The notes beneath the pieces were generated by a model. The model was not told the DNA's origin. It ran no database searches and saw only the letters and a program-made list of their open reading frames with translations. A stretch of 64,000 bases of DNA from Guillardia theta CCMP2712 (Eukaryota > Protista > Cryptophyta): assembly GCF_000315625.1 (NCBI RefSeq), contig NW_005434602.1:381821-445820 (forward strand), read 5' to 3'. This document shows positions 35,801-48,600 of the stretch, piece after piece. Within the stretch, counting starts at the first letter, position 1. Each line of letters starts with the position of its first letter. A program made the translations under genes and the position numbers.

Positions 35801-38344
35801 GAGGTGAAAGATCAGTGTGAGGAGGTGAGGCGATGTGTGGAACAGGAGCTGAAGAAGATGTCGGAGGAGGAAGACGAGAACATCCTTCCGTTGCGCGTCA
35901 TACGCGAAGGCGCGAGCTTCACGGTGGACTGCTTGAAGGGGGACGGAATCAAGGGACTGCGAGATTCTGTGTGCATGGCGGCGAAGGGGATGCTGTGGTG
36001 GAATGAGACCATACCTCGACCTTATCTAACTTTGCGAAAGGATGTCGAGCAACTGGCAAAGACTAAACCTTACACCAATGCAAAGCATTTCTTGTGGATG
36101 GTGAACAAAGCAGGGGTGAGCACCAACGAGGTGAAGGTGGTGACGAGCTTCCTACATGACATGGGAGTGATCAAGTACTTTGGTCATGACATGAAGGAAA
36201 ATCAAGCCCAGCCAGACAAGGGCAAGTACTCAATCGAAGACACCATCTTCATCGATCCCGTGTGGATGATCGACGTGTTCAAGGGCGTGATGCGACACGA
36301 TTGGCAGCACCTCCTCAACTTCTTTCGACAGGACCCGAGCAAGTCCAAGAAGACAAAGAAGCTGCTTCATCTCGGCATCGTAGACGAAGACATGTTTGAA
36401 TACCTGTGGCCCCAAGAAGGCAGTGATTTCTGGGAGAGTACTAACAACACGCTGCTATCGTCCGGATTTACAAGAACCCATCTGAATGTGCAGCAGGCCG
36501 TCGCTCTCCTGCGGGGCTGCGATCTTGCGCACTTTCTTGCAGCAAGTGAAACTTCTGATGGTGAAACTTCTGAAGGCAAGCATAAAGAGTGGGAGCTTCT
36601 TTGTCCCGGCATCATCCCTCCTTTCGCACATCAGCACAGGCTAGCAGTGAAGGAGTCCCATTCTTTGTGTGTGCATGTCGAGTGCCAGTACAACATCTTC
36701 CCCGCAGGCTTCACCGACAGGCTGGTCGTGCTCTGTGCCGCTCGGCATTTCGAGGTAGACTGCAGCGGTACGATGGCGGTGATGAAGGGCTGGGGGCGAA
36801 CGCTCCTGGTAAGCTGGAGTGAAGATGAAGACAAGCATACGTTGATAGCTCATGCGTCGACGAAGAAACAGATCGAAAACTTTGAAGAGGACTTGAAGCA
36901 ACTGGAGGCGTTCTTCCCGGGAATGATTCGCAGGAGACGAGAAGAGAAAACCTCAGGCGAGGAGGTAGTGCAGGTTGGGATCTTCGCATATGGCGAAAAG
37001 TCAAGTAAATGTGCTAGGGATATCCAAGAGAAGATCAAATGCATCTACCGAAAAAATAGCATTCCTCTGGAACACTCTTCTGTCGTCTATGTCAGTGATG
37101 ATAGCAACGCACAGCGTCCTCCTAATTGCCTTGTGAATATCTTGTGCATCTCGAATGAGAGCGAAGGGAGCAAGACTACAGAAAACAAATTCTTTCAGTT
37201 GTGGAACGAGCTGACCGCCAGCAGAGCTATGATCATTCCTGTTGTTCTCGCGGACTATCAGATCAGGAACTATGACAAGTGGTGGCCTGAGGGCATCGCT
37301 GGAATGGAGCGGTACAAGATCTTCCACAAGTACGAGGCGAATGACAAATCAATGCAGTTGCTGTACAACACGATTATTCAGAAGTTGCATCAAGGGCAAG
37401 AAAGCGACGATGACATATCGTCTGTCACTAGTCAGAATAGGCTCCTGTGCGAAGATTGCTTGCATGAAATCTCTGTATCAGGAGACGTTGGTGAGTACAA
37501 CCTTCCGCAAGCTAATCAGGGAATTGACAAACAAGACGTCATGACACGTCAACAAAGATTCTTGACGTGCACAAAGGATCGTCATCACAGAGAGCTGAAG
37601 GATGTGCTAAAGTTCAACAGCTCTTGCTCCCCCTGTCCTTCCTGCTTGAAGCAAAAGAAGGTGCCACATTTCTTCCCCCGACCCACGTGCTTGACCAAGC
37701 TTGCTCGCGAGCTGACGGCTAAGATCTTCTGCCCTGGTTGTTCCAAGGACGTGAACGTCCTCGATGTCACTCCTCCGCAAGTGTTCTTGAGCTACAATTG
37801 GGGAACAAACAACTCGACGCAGGAGATGGTGAGGCAAGTGAAACGGATGATCGAAGAGGAGACAAGCTTGCAGTGTTGGTTCGATGTGGAGGGAGGGATC
37901 AATGCGGGAGAGGACCACGTAAAAAACATGGAGCTCGGAGTATCTCGTTGCGAGCTGTTCATCCTCTTCATGAGCCACAAGTACGTCAAGAGTGCAAACT
38001 GCAGGAGAGAGTACGTGCGCGCATGTGAAGCAGGGAAGTACATCATCCCGGTGTTTGTTCCGGTCCTCTTCAAAGAAGCATCAGATTCGGAGTCAGGCTG
38101 GAGGGGCGACAAGGGCAAAGAATGGTGGAAGTCGATTGCTGATGTTGAAGGCAAAGCCGCTGAAGGAAATAAGGTTGATTGGAATCATCTCAAGCACTTT
38201 CCCAAGACTTTCAACCTCTCAGCTGGAGGAGGAACAGATGAGATTCAAGTTTTAGGCGTCGAGGAGCTCGTCGCTGCTGTGCAAGCAAGAGTTTACAGGG
38301 GAGACACTGTCTTCCATGAGGTGATTCATGCTATTCTCTCTTGA
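32869..38344 (+). CDS. Roco protein (Cys-rich N-terminus with micro-exon cassette, short LRR, ROC GTPase, COR, Zn-ribbon, TIR); 5'-most exons approximate
   Basis: GNGEAGKTS, RTIGID, DFGGQ and VATHID (ROC); FLHDMG...IFIDPxW (COR); VFLSYNW...CWFD...YVKSANCRRE (TIR_2). The acceptor at 34756 opens the frame CCICYLDNE. An upstream exon ECKTC...HYGSSMYCY ends at the donor at 33276. Confidence 0.88.
33276..34756 (+). other. Tandem array of 14 related introns separated by 13 three-nucleotide micro-exons
   Basis: YAG|NNN|GTAAGT at 33370 CGA, 33484 TTT, 33593 GGA, 33708 CGA, 33821 GTG, 33930 GTG, 34038 GAA, 34144 TAT, 34259 GTG, 34363 TAT, 34472 ACG, 34578 CCG and 34685 GAT. A CTGAC branch motif occurs in each of these 13 units, and CTAAC in the last intron. 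Confidence 0.8.
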
Positions 38345-38462
38345 TGCGAATATTGCTAACGCGGATGACAGGAGGCGCAGGAGGAAGGAGAGAAACGGAG
38401 ACCGAAGAAGGTGCTGGACAGAGCAGACCATTTCCTGTATGAGTTTAGACGTCTGGATCTGA

Positions 38463-38750
38463 ATGGTAAGGACTTGTGGAAAAGTGGTTTTAGTTGACGA
38501 TGGAGAAGGTGATGGAGAATTGAGTGCCGATGAACTGTTTGAGGGTCTCAGGTTTAGGATGTCACAGGATGAGGTGTCGAGGCTCTTCGATTGCATGGTA
38601 GGAAGTTTGTTCGTCCGCGTTGTGATGTTGACACGTACTGACTATGAAAGGACGCAAATGGTGATGGGAGAATTTCCATGGAAGAGTTTATTGATGCTAG
38701 AAAGAAGATGATCGAAGATACAATTTTGTGAGGTACTTAAAGTCGAACGT
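38463..38750 (+). pseudogene. EF-hand-containing exon fragments, truncated by downstream mobile DNA
   Basis: DDGEGDGELSADE and DANGDGRISMEEF loops separated by a short intron. Confidence 0.5.
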
Positions 38751-38776
38751 CAAGTCCCTTTTTCGTTTTCACAAAG

Positions 38777-39512
38777 CAATTCTAGTCTAAAGAGGCGCGC
38801 GAGCACTGGGAGTACACGGCCTACAATGCGAACCCTGTTTCTGAGGTCTCTTTCTACTTTCTACTTCTGCTGTCTTCTCTTGGCTTCCTCAGCCTCAGTC
38901 AGGAGAGTTGCCTCTCCTCCCCTTGGCCTTCAGTCGCCACCTACTCCTCCTCCGTTCAGCTTCCTCAGCCTCAGTCAGGAGAGTTGCCTCTCCTCACCTT
39001 GGCCTTCGGTTGCCTCCTACATCCCCTCCTTACCTTGCTTACCTTGCTGACTCGTCGGTCGCTCTCCGAGTCCCCCTCTTGTCCACCTCTTCTTCGCCGT
39101 GATTTCTTGCTTCAAGCTCCGCTCAGCTCAAGCTCGGTACGGGCTTCTTCATCATCCTCTCCATGCATCTCTGCGAATTTACTCCTTGCCTTCCTGCTGT
39201 CTCCTTCAAGCGGCACGCGAGTCCAGTGCTTGCTGTGCAACCACTCCGCTAGCTTCTCCTTGAGCGCATTGCGTCCCACTCCCTGCTCCTCTGGCGTCTT
39301 CGCCCACTCTCCCAGCGACATGAACTCCAGGCTCCCTGGAGAGTAGAAGGTGTCGTAGAGGTTGCTCGTTCGTCCCTCGGTCACGAGCTGCATGTCCTCT
39401 TGGCTTGACGGAGATGCTGCCTCCATTGTGATCCTCTCCAGGTCTGTAAACTCCAGCCATTCTCCCTCGCTCTCCTCCTGCCGCTGAGCGTCGCCAGCGC
39501 CCCGCTGACCAG
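38777..39512 (-). mobile_element. Inverted, internally deleted 3' fragment of a type A single-ORF element
   Basis: Contains the 76-bp repeats and the MEAASPSSQEDMQLV...EWLHSK fragment on the - strand. Confidence 0.75.
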
Positions 39513-39516
39513 CCTG

Positions 39517-41020
39517 AGGTCAAGCATGAGCACAGGCCGCTTCTCGAGGAAGGAGATGGAAGCGCTGTGCGGAGGAGGTAACACATCGATCACGAGAGTC
39601 AAGCGAGCCATGTTGGAGTTAGCAAGAAGAATGAACCTCAAGCTGGTCAGCGTCGAGGTCGAGGAGGATCGTGACACGCTCAGCTGGGATGGGAGCCTGA
39701 TAGCTCTCTCCCTGGCGACCAAGGCAGAGGCTCGACGCATGATGGAAGGCATCCCCTTCTACTTGGAAGGGATCCTGGAAGTCAAGCTCGAAGCTGTAGG
39801 TTTCAAGCTCAGCTCTCAGCATGAGGAGGAGAGCGAGGAGCAAGCCCAAGAGTCCCAAGGGCAGCAGCAAGGCGCTGGATGGCTGGAGCTCAGCGACATC
39901 GACAGGATCACCATGGAAGCAGCGTCGCCGTCAGGGCCAGTCGATCAACAGGTCTTGCTCGACCTCTCGACGATGCTCTTGGAGACATCAGAGGAGGAGC
40001 TGCTAGCTGGCAAGCCGATCTCTCTGGAGCTAGACAAGAGTGTTGGCAAGCTGCATGACACCTTCTGCTCGCCGGGCAACGTGGAGTTCATGACGCTCGG
40101 AGCTTGGGCAGCCACGCCGACGTTGGGATCGAAGCGAAACATGTTGAAGGAAAAGCTCAGAGCTTACCTCGGCGAGCAGCGCTGGACACGGGTGCAAGGG
40201 AATAAGGCAGCGAGGAGGGGCAGCGCCTTCTCTCCAAGGGCAGCAGCGACTGATGCGCTCGAGCAGGAGGCTGAGAGCGATGACATCGAGAGTCGATCTG
40301 TAAGCCTCTTGTTTCTTGCGATCAGTAAATTTGCTGAGCACCATGGGTTGAGCTGCACGGGCAAGGTCGACAAGCTCGTCAGCGAGCTGCAGCTCGTCAG
40401 CGAGCTGTCAGCAGTCATCGAAGATGCAACTTCTTTGAACGAGGCGGGGACGAGCGAGCCGATCAAGCTGGTCTTGGACAAGGCCGTTGGCAACCTCCAC
40501 GACACCTTCTACTCTCCGGGGAGCCTGGAGTTCATGTCGCTGGGAGAGTGGGCGAAGACGCCAGAGGAGCAGGGAGTGGGACGCAACGTTCTCAAGGAGA
40601 AGCTAGCGGAGTGGTTGCACAGCAAGCGCTGGACTCGCGTGCAAGGAGACAGCAAGAAGGCAAGGAGGGGCAGCGCGTTCTCGCCACGGGCAACGGCAGC
40701 TGCTGAGCTTGAGCAGGAGGCGGAGAGCGACGACATAGAGCGTCGATCTCTTAGCTTCCTGTTCATAGCACTGAGTAAATTCGCAGAGATGCATGTGCTG
40801 GCCTGCTCGCTGAAGGTGGACAAGAAGGACCGACTGCGGGTGGAGATGAGGGAAGATGACGAAGAAGAGGAAGACATGGAGGAAGAGCAAGGCGAGGGCG
40901 AGGAAGGAGACGGGACGAGCCCGTACCGAGCTTGAGCTGAGCTCAAGGCAAGGAGGGAAGGTAGGAGGCAACCGAAGGCCAAGGTTGCGACTGAAGGCCA
41001 AGGTGAGGAGAGGCAACTCT
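39517..41020 (+). mobile_element. Chimeric single-ORF element fragment (type C 3' half fused to type A 3' half), ORF 39526-40935
   Basis: The first half is nearly identical to 60858-61790 and the second half to 30830-31342. Confidence 0.75.
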
Positions 41021-41055
41021 AACATTAAGCTCAGCATCGTCGGAGGCGACTTCTC

Positions 41056-41451
41056 ATCCTACATCAGGGATTGACCGCTTGAAGAAATGGGACTACATTA
41101 TCAGACAACAGACAATGGTGGCAAGGATTCGAGCGGGAGACCTCACCTTGACAGAGAAATTCATGCTCGAAATGCATGTGGGAAGAGATCTCTTAGGCAA
41201 AGCGCTTAGGCAAAGCCAAGGTTCAGTTACGCGAACAGCTATCCAAGCGATCACCTTCTCAGCACCGATCCAGACCGCGAAGAAACCTGGGGTCATGTTC
41301 AGCTTGCGTGTCGGCAGTTCCAAGATATGACTCAAAAAGCGCACAATGAAGTCATGAAGAAGATCAAGGTAAGATTGCAGCAAAGTTGGAGGAAACAAAG
41401 GTTACAGGTCAATTCATGGTGGGAAACTCCAATGCGCATCGTGATGGAAGC
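41056..41451 (+). mobile_element. Fragment of the non-LTR retrotransposon (copy of ~48346-48795, lacking most of the CCHC knuckle)
   Basis: Near-identical to the 48346-48795 region, with an internal deletion. Confidence 0.85.
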
Positions 41452-41698
41452 TGTTGTATCCATGAGGATCCGGAACCTCGGATACTCGTCGGATACTCTG
41501 CCGGATATTCCCTATATAGGCGGACGCATCTCGTGCGGACGGCCTCCTGAATTTCCCCCACTTGCATGCACAGTGAGTGTGGTGGTTGTGCGTAGTTTAC
41601 CTCCTAGTAAACTTAGAGACTTCTATTTCCTGCTTCCCAATCTTCTTCATCCTTACTTTACTCGTGTCGTTGACAATCTCTGTGTTGTGTATACAACA
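41452..41698 (+). mobile_element. 5' LTR of a Ty3/Gypsy chromovirus
   Basis: TGTTGTAT...ATACAACA 8-bp terminal inverted repeat and a TATATA box near 41513. It begins exactly where LINE homology breaks and is followed by TTC-TGG and then gag. Confidence 0.75.
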
Positions 41699-41722
41699 TT
41701 CTGGAAGCGAAGTGGTTGATTC

Positions 41723-43270
41723 ATGACCTCGAAACAAGGAAGAGGAGGAAAGAAACCTCAGCCGGAAAGGAGCCCTCAACCTCGATCTAAGCAATCAGGA
41801 GCATTTCAAACAGAAATTGCTGAAGAGAGTTCTGAGGAAGAAGTCGAATGGAGCGAGCGGCTGCAGCTGCAGCAGCAGCAGCTTTCTCCGAGTCAGACCA
41901 GTGGATCTTTGACTCAAACTTATAGGGATGGAGATGTACAACGTGAAGCGCTGTCTAGCGCGGATCAACGGGCCCGAAACAAGAGGGATACTCCCTTGCG
42001 AAGTATTCTGCGATCAGAGGAGGCAACTCAGCGAGCAGCCTCCCCTGCAACATCGGTACGTCTGCCAAGCTCGGAAAATTTTTCATCCGACCCCGTCATG
42101 TCCTCGCCAGTGGCGCAGGACCGAGCTCTTCTCCTTCTTCGTCGAATGTGTGCCCTTCTGGCTGACACCATGCAGGACGAGCGTTTCCACATGCTCGCCA
42201 ATGCTGCCGACGAATTTGCGACAGCCGACGCTGCTGCAACACCCGAGCTCCAGCATCTCGCACGGAACGTTACCCTGCTGTAAGATGCTAATGCTGATAT
42301 CTATTCAGCTGAGGAATCAGCTAGCGCTGAATCCTCTGATCAGGAACCAGTCCTCTCCAATCGGACTCTCGTGAATGTGCTAACGAACTCCAAGAGTTTC
42401 AATGCCAGCCGCATTCCGATGTACAAAGGTTTTGCTGATCCCCGCTCTGTCGAAGAATTCCTTCGTCAGTGCAACCGCGAATTAATCGCTCAAGAGATCC
42501 CAACTCGCAAATGGGTGAAGAGCATCACGCCGTTGTTCACCAACGAAGTGATGGTGGTGGTAGAACGTAAGTACGGAAAGAGTCTCGAGGCCATCAACAA
42601 GCTTAAATGGGATGAATTTTCAACTCATCTAAGTTCGTGTCTAGCCCCGATGCGGCAAGCCAAGAATTATCAGACTCAGCTTGATCAGCTCAAGCAGCAG
42701 CCCAACGAATCCGCCTGGGCGTACTTGACTCGCGCCACGACACTCTTCGCAACGCTCGAATCGCAGGTAGGGTCAGCCATCCTGTACTTCAACGATCAGC
42801 CACTCCGGAAATTCATCAAGGGATTTTCGCATACGCCGACGCGCACGTCTATCCACACATGGTTTACGATTTATCGCAGTCAGTACGGACACGGAGAAGA
42901 CATGTTCTCTCGCCTAGTCACTTTCATCACAGCTCTTCTGGACGATGGTGAACCGCTAACAGTGTCTAAGCAGCCTAACAATTCAGCTGCTGCTAACGCT
43001 GCGCAGACCTCTTCGCACACTAAGGCCAAAGCTAACGGTGGGCAGAACAAGAAGAAGTCCAACGGTAAAGAAAACCAGCGCAAGCAGAAGTCCATCCGTT
43101 GTTTTTACTGTCAAGAACCGGGTCATATCAAGCCCGACTGCGAGCAGTACAAGCGCGAAGTCGCCCTCCAGCAGGAGCGCCATGAGAAACTCATGGCAAC
43201 CCAGCATGAACAGCATGTTCAGCTTTTAGCTGCTCTTCAACCGCTCGCGACGCGTGCGGGAAACGAGTAG
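41723..43270 (+). CDS. gag: Gypsy gag, with one in-frame TAA at 42281
   Basis: Retrotrans_gag-like LKQQPNESAWAY and CCHC knuckle CFYCQEPGHIKPDC. ORFs 41723 and 42371 are in the same frame. Confidence 0.85.
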
Positions 43271-43318
43271 CAGCGGTAGGCAACGAGAGGGGAGCATCAC
43301 TTGCTCCTCCTGCCGCTG
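43258..43318 (+). promoter_or_regulatory. -1 programmed ribosomal frameshift signal (G GGA AAC plus stem-loop)
   Basis: Slippery heptamer at 43258-43264 in gag phase. CAGCGGTAGG (43271-80) pairs with CCTGCCGCTG (43309-18). The -1 frame is open into the protease. Confidence 0.75.
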
Positions 43319-45680
43319 GTCTTTTCCCCAGCCCTCTCTTACCAGGTAGCAGCGCTTTACCTCCTCATCGGAGCTCGCTAAGCCATTTCGTGCTGCCGCC
43401 TGATCGGAACGCGTCGTGCTCAACGGCCGCGTCCCTTCCTTCGGGTCAACTACATGTTTGCCCCTGCTTAGCCCTCAGCCGTGGCGACGCCTCCGCGCCG
43501 CTTCAGCTCGCCTTACCCGATCTTATTCGGCTCCCCGTTAGCGTCAGCTCTTCCCGAGTTCATGCTCACCAGACCGTTGCCCTGCTCGATCACGGCGCGA
43601 CGATCAATATCATGTCTCAGCAGCTTTTTCAGCAGCTGGGCCTCTCCGAGACTCTGCTACAGCGTGATACTCAGTTCACCGTGCAAGTTGCGGACGACCG
43701 CGAAGTGCAAACCCTCGGCGCCGTCTCGCTCGCCTATCGCATCGGCCGCTTTTCAAGCAAAGATACGTTTCATATCTTGCCACGTTGTTCTCAACCCTTG
43801 ATCTTGTCCCTCCAGTGGATACATCGTCACAACGCTGTATACGTTCCGCGGACCCGAGAAGTGTTCGTCGATTCCCCCAAAGCTCGACGAGCCCCTCCGA
43901 TTAGCTTGCCAGTTCAGCATCAAGTGCCCTACAAGGACTCGGTCTTAGCTGTGACAACCGTCTCGCTCACCGATGCTCACGCTCTGCGTGTCGCCAATCC
44001 TAACGAGGAATGGTTCTTGTTGCACCTGCATGTCCCAACGACAGCTTCCGCCTCGGCCTCTTCCGCCGACCCGCCAGTGGGCGCCCCCGCTCACCTTGCT
44101 CAAGCCCTCTCTGAGGAATTCGCCGACGTCCTCGTCGACGACCTGCCGCAAGGACTTCAGATCAACCGTCCCCCCCAGTTTGACGCTCACATTCAGCTCA
44201 AGCCAGGGACCTTGCCCATTAACTGCAGGCCATATCGCATCCCCCTTCATCTTGAAGGAGAACTCCAGGCTACCATCGCGTACATGCTCGAACACGACAT
44301 CATCGAACCATCCAATAGTGAGTTTGCCTTTCCTGTGCTTTTCAGTCGACGCCCCAACGATCCACGCTCCCCAACTGATCCCAAAAGCTACCGCTTTTGC
44401 TGCGACCTTCGCCGCTTGAACCAAGTCGTCTTGAATCAGCCGACCGCCGCAACTCCTACCGTCGATGAGATGTTGGAAAAGATCGCCGACACCGTCCGTC
44501 AAGGCAAAGCCCGTCGCAAAACCGATGAGCAGCTATGCATCACTACGCTTGACAAGGGAAATCTTATCGCCAACGACCCATGGGTACTCCTCATTCCCAC
44601 GCCGTTCCCTCGACACGCTTCGAAGTCGTCAGTCTCGACTTGCTGACCGGACTCCCACGAACTCGAGATAAGAACGATGCAATTCTTCTCTTCATTGACG
44701 AGTTCACAGGGCGAGTTTATCTCACCCCTTGCCGTAAATCGATTACTTCTGAACAAGCTGCTCAAAAATTCATCGAAACCGTGTTTCGATCCCAAGGCCT
44801 TCCTCAAGTCCTTATCAGCGACAACGCTGCCATCTTTTCGTCCAGATTCTGGAACGCGCTCTTCAAGATGCTCAACGTTCACGTGAAGCATTCGTCGCCT
44901 TTTATGCCTCAAAGCAACGGTCGACCCGAGCGTATGAACTCCGTCGTCCTCGAAGCTCTGCGTATCTACACCACGCAGTATCCTCGAGCCGATTGGGATA
45001 GGTACCTCCCCATCCTGGAGACTCACCTAAACTCAGCTGTTCGCCGTCCCATCGGTGCCAGCCCTTTCGAAGTCATGTTCGGCAAACCTATCAGGACACA
45101 ACTCTCTCTGCCCTCACCTGACGATCATCAGGACGAGACCCTCGACTCCATTCGTGAAGCAACCGAAGTCAGCGCCGAAGCTGCCCGAGCTGCTCTCGAA
45201 GCTGCAGCACGAGCCACCGAAGCTCGCCTTGCGCAGGCCCGTCGTCCCTGCCGCTATCAAGTTGGAGATCTGGTTTGGCTCTCTACCGCCAACCTCAACA
45301 TCCCCGACGCCGCCTCGAAGCTCAACCCTCGCTTCGTTGGTCCCTTCCGCATCCTGGAATTTGTTTCAGACAACACCGTTCGTCTCGACGTCTCTCCTCG
45401 CTTCGCATCGATCAGAAACACCGTCATCAACATCAAGTGGCTTCGTCCGCATACAGAGCGTGACCCTGCCTATCAAGATCCCCAGCGACCACCCGAACCT
45501 CTGGCCACCAGAGACGGCCTGGAATACGAGATCGAGAGCATCCTCAGCAAACGTCGTCGCGGTCGAGGTATTCAGTACCTTGTTAAGTGGACAGGCTATG
45601 ATCACGTCAGTGAGAACAATTGGCTCCCTGCTCGTGAGTTGCAGAAGAAATCAGGTCTTCGCGAACTCATCCGAGCACAT
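43261..45680 (+). pseudogene. pol: Gypsy pol remnant: aspartic protease, N-terminal RT, deletion of RT core/RNase H, integrase and chromodomain
   Basis: ALLDHGAT; PYRIP...YRFCCDLRRLN truncated near 44555; integrase SLDL...ISDN...NGRPER; GPF motif; chromodomain YEIESIL...YLVKWTGY...NNW. Confidence 0.9.
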
Positions 45681-48600
45681 TCCGTGAGAGAGATGAAAAC
45701 GCTTGTTCAAGTGGTAGAACGATTCTGTCGATGGAGTGGATTAGAACTGAACACGAAGAAATCTGAAATCACCAGCTTTGATTATCGGCTAAGGAGGGAG
45801 ATCCCAGGAACACAAAACATCAAGTTCTTTGACAAGGAGTTTGTGAACCTACCACCGACAAAATGGTTCAAATATCTAGGGATCCGGATCAGCTTGTGGA
45901 GACCAGGAGGAAGAGGCAACAAGGCGCACACCTGCCCCTTCACGTGGGGAGAGAAAGAACACATCTTGGAGAAGACAAAAGAACTGACAAAGCTGATTGA
46001 ATCATCTGCTTACTCTGCAGCCCAAAAATATTACCTGGTGAAGGTAGGCATCGTCAATATCTTTAGATACTCGGCGGTACTGGCGAGCTGGTCTTGGTCA
46101 GACTTACAAACCTTAGATACCCTCTGGACCAGAGCATTCAAAAGAGCTATGGGATTGAGCAAGAGTACAAGCAACGCTATCTTTCACCTACCTTGGGACA
46201 GAGGAGGCCTCCAACTCCCCCATCCAGCACCCATCTTGGGAAGGGCGGCGATTCGGTATCTAGAGAAAGAAACGAATAAGAAATGCAGGGTGGATGATGA
46301 TATCAAAAGCAGTCTGATACACAAACTAACATCATGGTGCAACCAATGGGGGTGTCAAACAATAAACCAGTTACAACGAGAAATCAGATCGGGCAGACTC
46401 AAAGAGAACAAAGAGATAAGAGGACCGGAAAGACTCGCAATCTGGATAGCGGAAAAGATGCAGACCACCATCAGTTGGGAAATGATTGAAAGCAAGATGA
46501 AACCGGGGACAATAGCCATCTTACACGACCTGGAGGACAAGCTGCTCTCAGAAGAAAACTCCCTGCTGTCCGGAGAAAACTCCCTACCTACATCTCCTGC
46601 TCGGCAAGGCTGGGAGAGTTTTGCAAAGGCATGGAGACTACTGCCCCAAGTAGGCTTCCACTCCATGACAAGTGTCTTACCCGTCCCAGATACCGAGGGC
46701 ATCTCCCTGCACCTGCCCATCCGACTCTGGCCATTCCCAAAGCAAAGGGAACAAGCAGAAGAAATCCTTGCACAATATCTGCAAGCGAATGTCATCTGGG
46801 CAAAACTCGGACATGAGCAGGCAGGAACAGGGAAGAGAAGAAGGCCAGCCAGGGAGGAGGGGAAGCCTCTAAACAAGAGAAGGAAAGGAAAAAGGGAGGC
46901 TAGCCCACATGAACTTCAGCCACACAAGAAACTAGCCAGACCGGACCAAGGGAGAGAGGAAACGAATACGAAGGCTTGTACCCGGGTAATTTTGAGGCGG
47001 TGGCTCCAACATGACCCCACCTGTTATGATGAAGGAGGGAATCAGCAAGAAAGATTCTGTTACACTACAAGCAACATACCTTTCAAAGTTCAAGGGAACA
47101 TAGCCATCTTTGAGCGATCTCAAATTGAAGAAAGCAAGACCGTGGATTCACCAATAGAATGGTTGGAAGCGTCGCTGGACTCGGCTCCCTTCGCATCTGC
47201 AACAAGGGAAGAGGACGGTAATAACCGAAGAGACTGCAATCAAAGCATCCATCTGCTGCTGGAAATAGTTAATGCATTGGACGACGGCGAAACAGAAGCT
47301 ACAGCATGGTGGCAACAACTCGAGGAGGTAGTATCAGAGGTTCGCCAAGAAACAACACAACCATTGGCATACGAGTTTTTACAACATCTAGCAGAGATTA
47401 CAGAATGCGACATCAGTACATTTCGTAACTGGCCTACCCTACACACACATCCCCAGGCTCTGGGCAAAAAGAGAGCAAGGGAACTGCACAGAGTGGTGGT
47501 TTGGATGGACAAACAAAAGAGATTTCGTGAACAAATCCTGGATACAATACATGTCATTCTGATAGGATGGAAGAATAACATTGGTGAGATACCAGAAGGT
47601 TTTGAAATTATCAGCCGGGTCCCGAAAGGCGTTCAAATAGCTTATGCAGCAAAGTTCTGGAGGACAGGAAACCGATGCCTGACGAAAACTGTAGAGGAGT
47701 TATGGATACTAGTTAGGCACACACTCCCAACACACTTACGAGACCAGCTTCAGGACAACATCCTCCCAACGTATGAGGAGCTGTGTAACAGACGAAGGGA
47801 TCAGATCCAGCCGCGCAGCAATCATCAAGGCGGAAGGCATTTCACAGCAGCTATTGAAGGAGACATCACGCAGGGCAGAAAAAACAGATCCATGCGAATA
47901 GGATATGTTCTCCAACAAAAAGAGATGACGTCAGGAGGAGGGATGAAAATCAATGGGAAGTGCAGCATCATCCGAGCGAACACAATCGCAATTGGCTTAC
48001 TTCTGCAACATGTCCTTGAGGAAGGAATACAGATCAAAAGGGGAAATCAAGTCACAATAATGTACCAGTCCACACGTTTCCACCGCTTTATGACAAATAC
48101 GTTGCGAATGGATACCATGCGATACGAAGACGAACTGCTGGAGGACTTACATGATCGGTTACTCACTTGCATGAAGAAACTCGAAGGGAGGGGAATCAGG
48201 ATCCGACTCCAACTAGCAAAAGAATCTCAGAGACACATTCAAGAGGCCAAAGAATTGGCCAAGCAAGGAAAACAAACAGTTGCCTCGGGATGGGAGAAAG
48301 CAATCTACGATAGCCCAATGGAGTTCATCATTGCAGGAGAAGAAAATCCTACATCAGGATTCGATCGCTTGAAGAAATGGGACTACATTATCAGACAACA
48401 GACAATGGTGGCAAGGATTCGAGCGGGAGACCTCACCTTGACAGAGAAATTCATGCTCGAAATGCATGTGGGAAGAGATCTCTTAGGCAAAGCGCTAAGA
48501 CAAAGCCAAGGTTCAGTTACGCGAACAGCTATCCAAGCGATAACCTTCTCAGCACCGACGAGGAAGAAGCTCTTTCAATGGGGGAAGACCAACTCACCAT

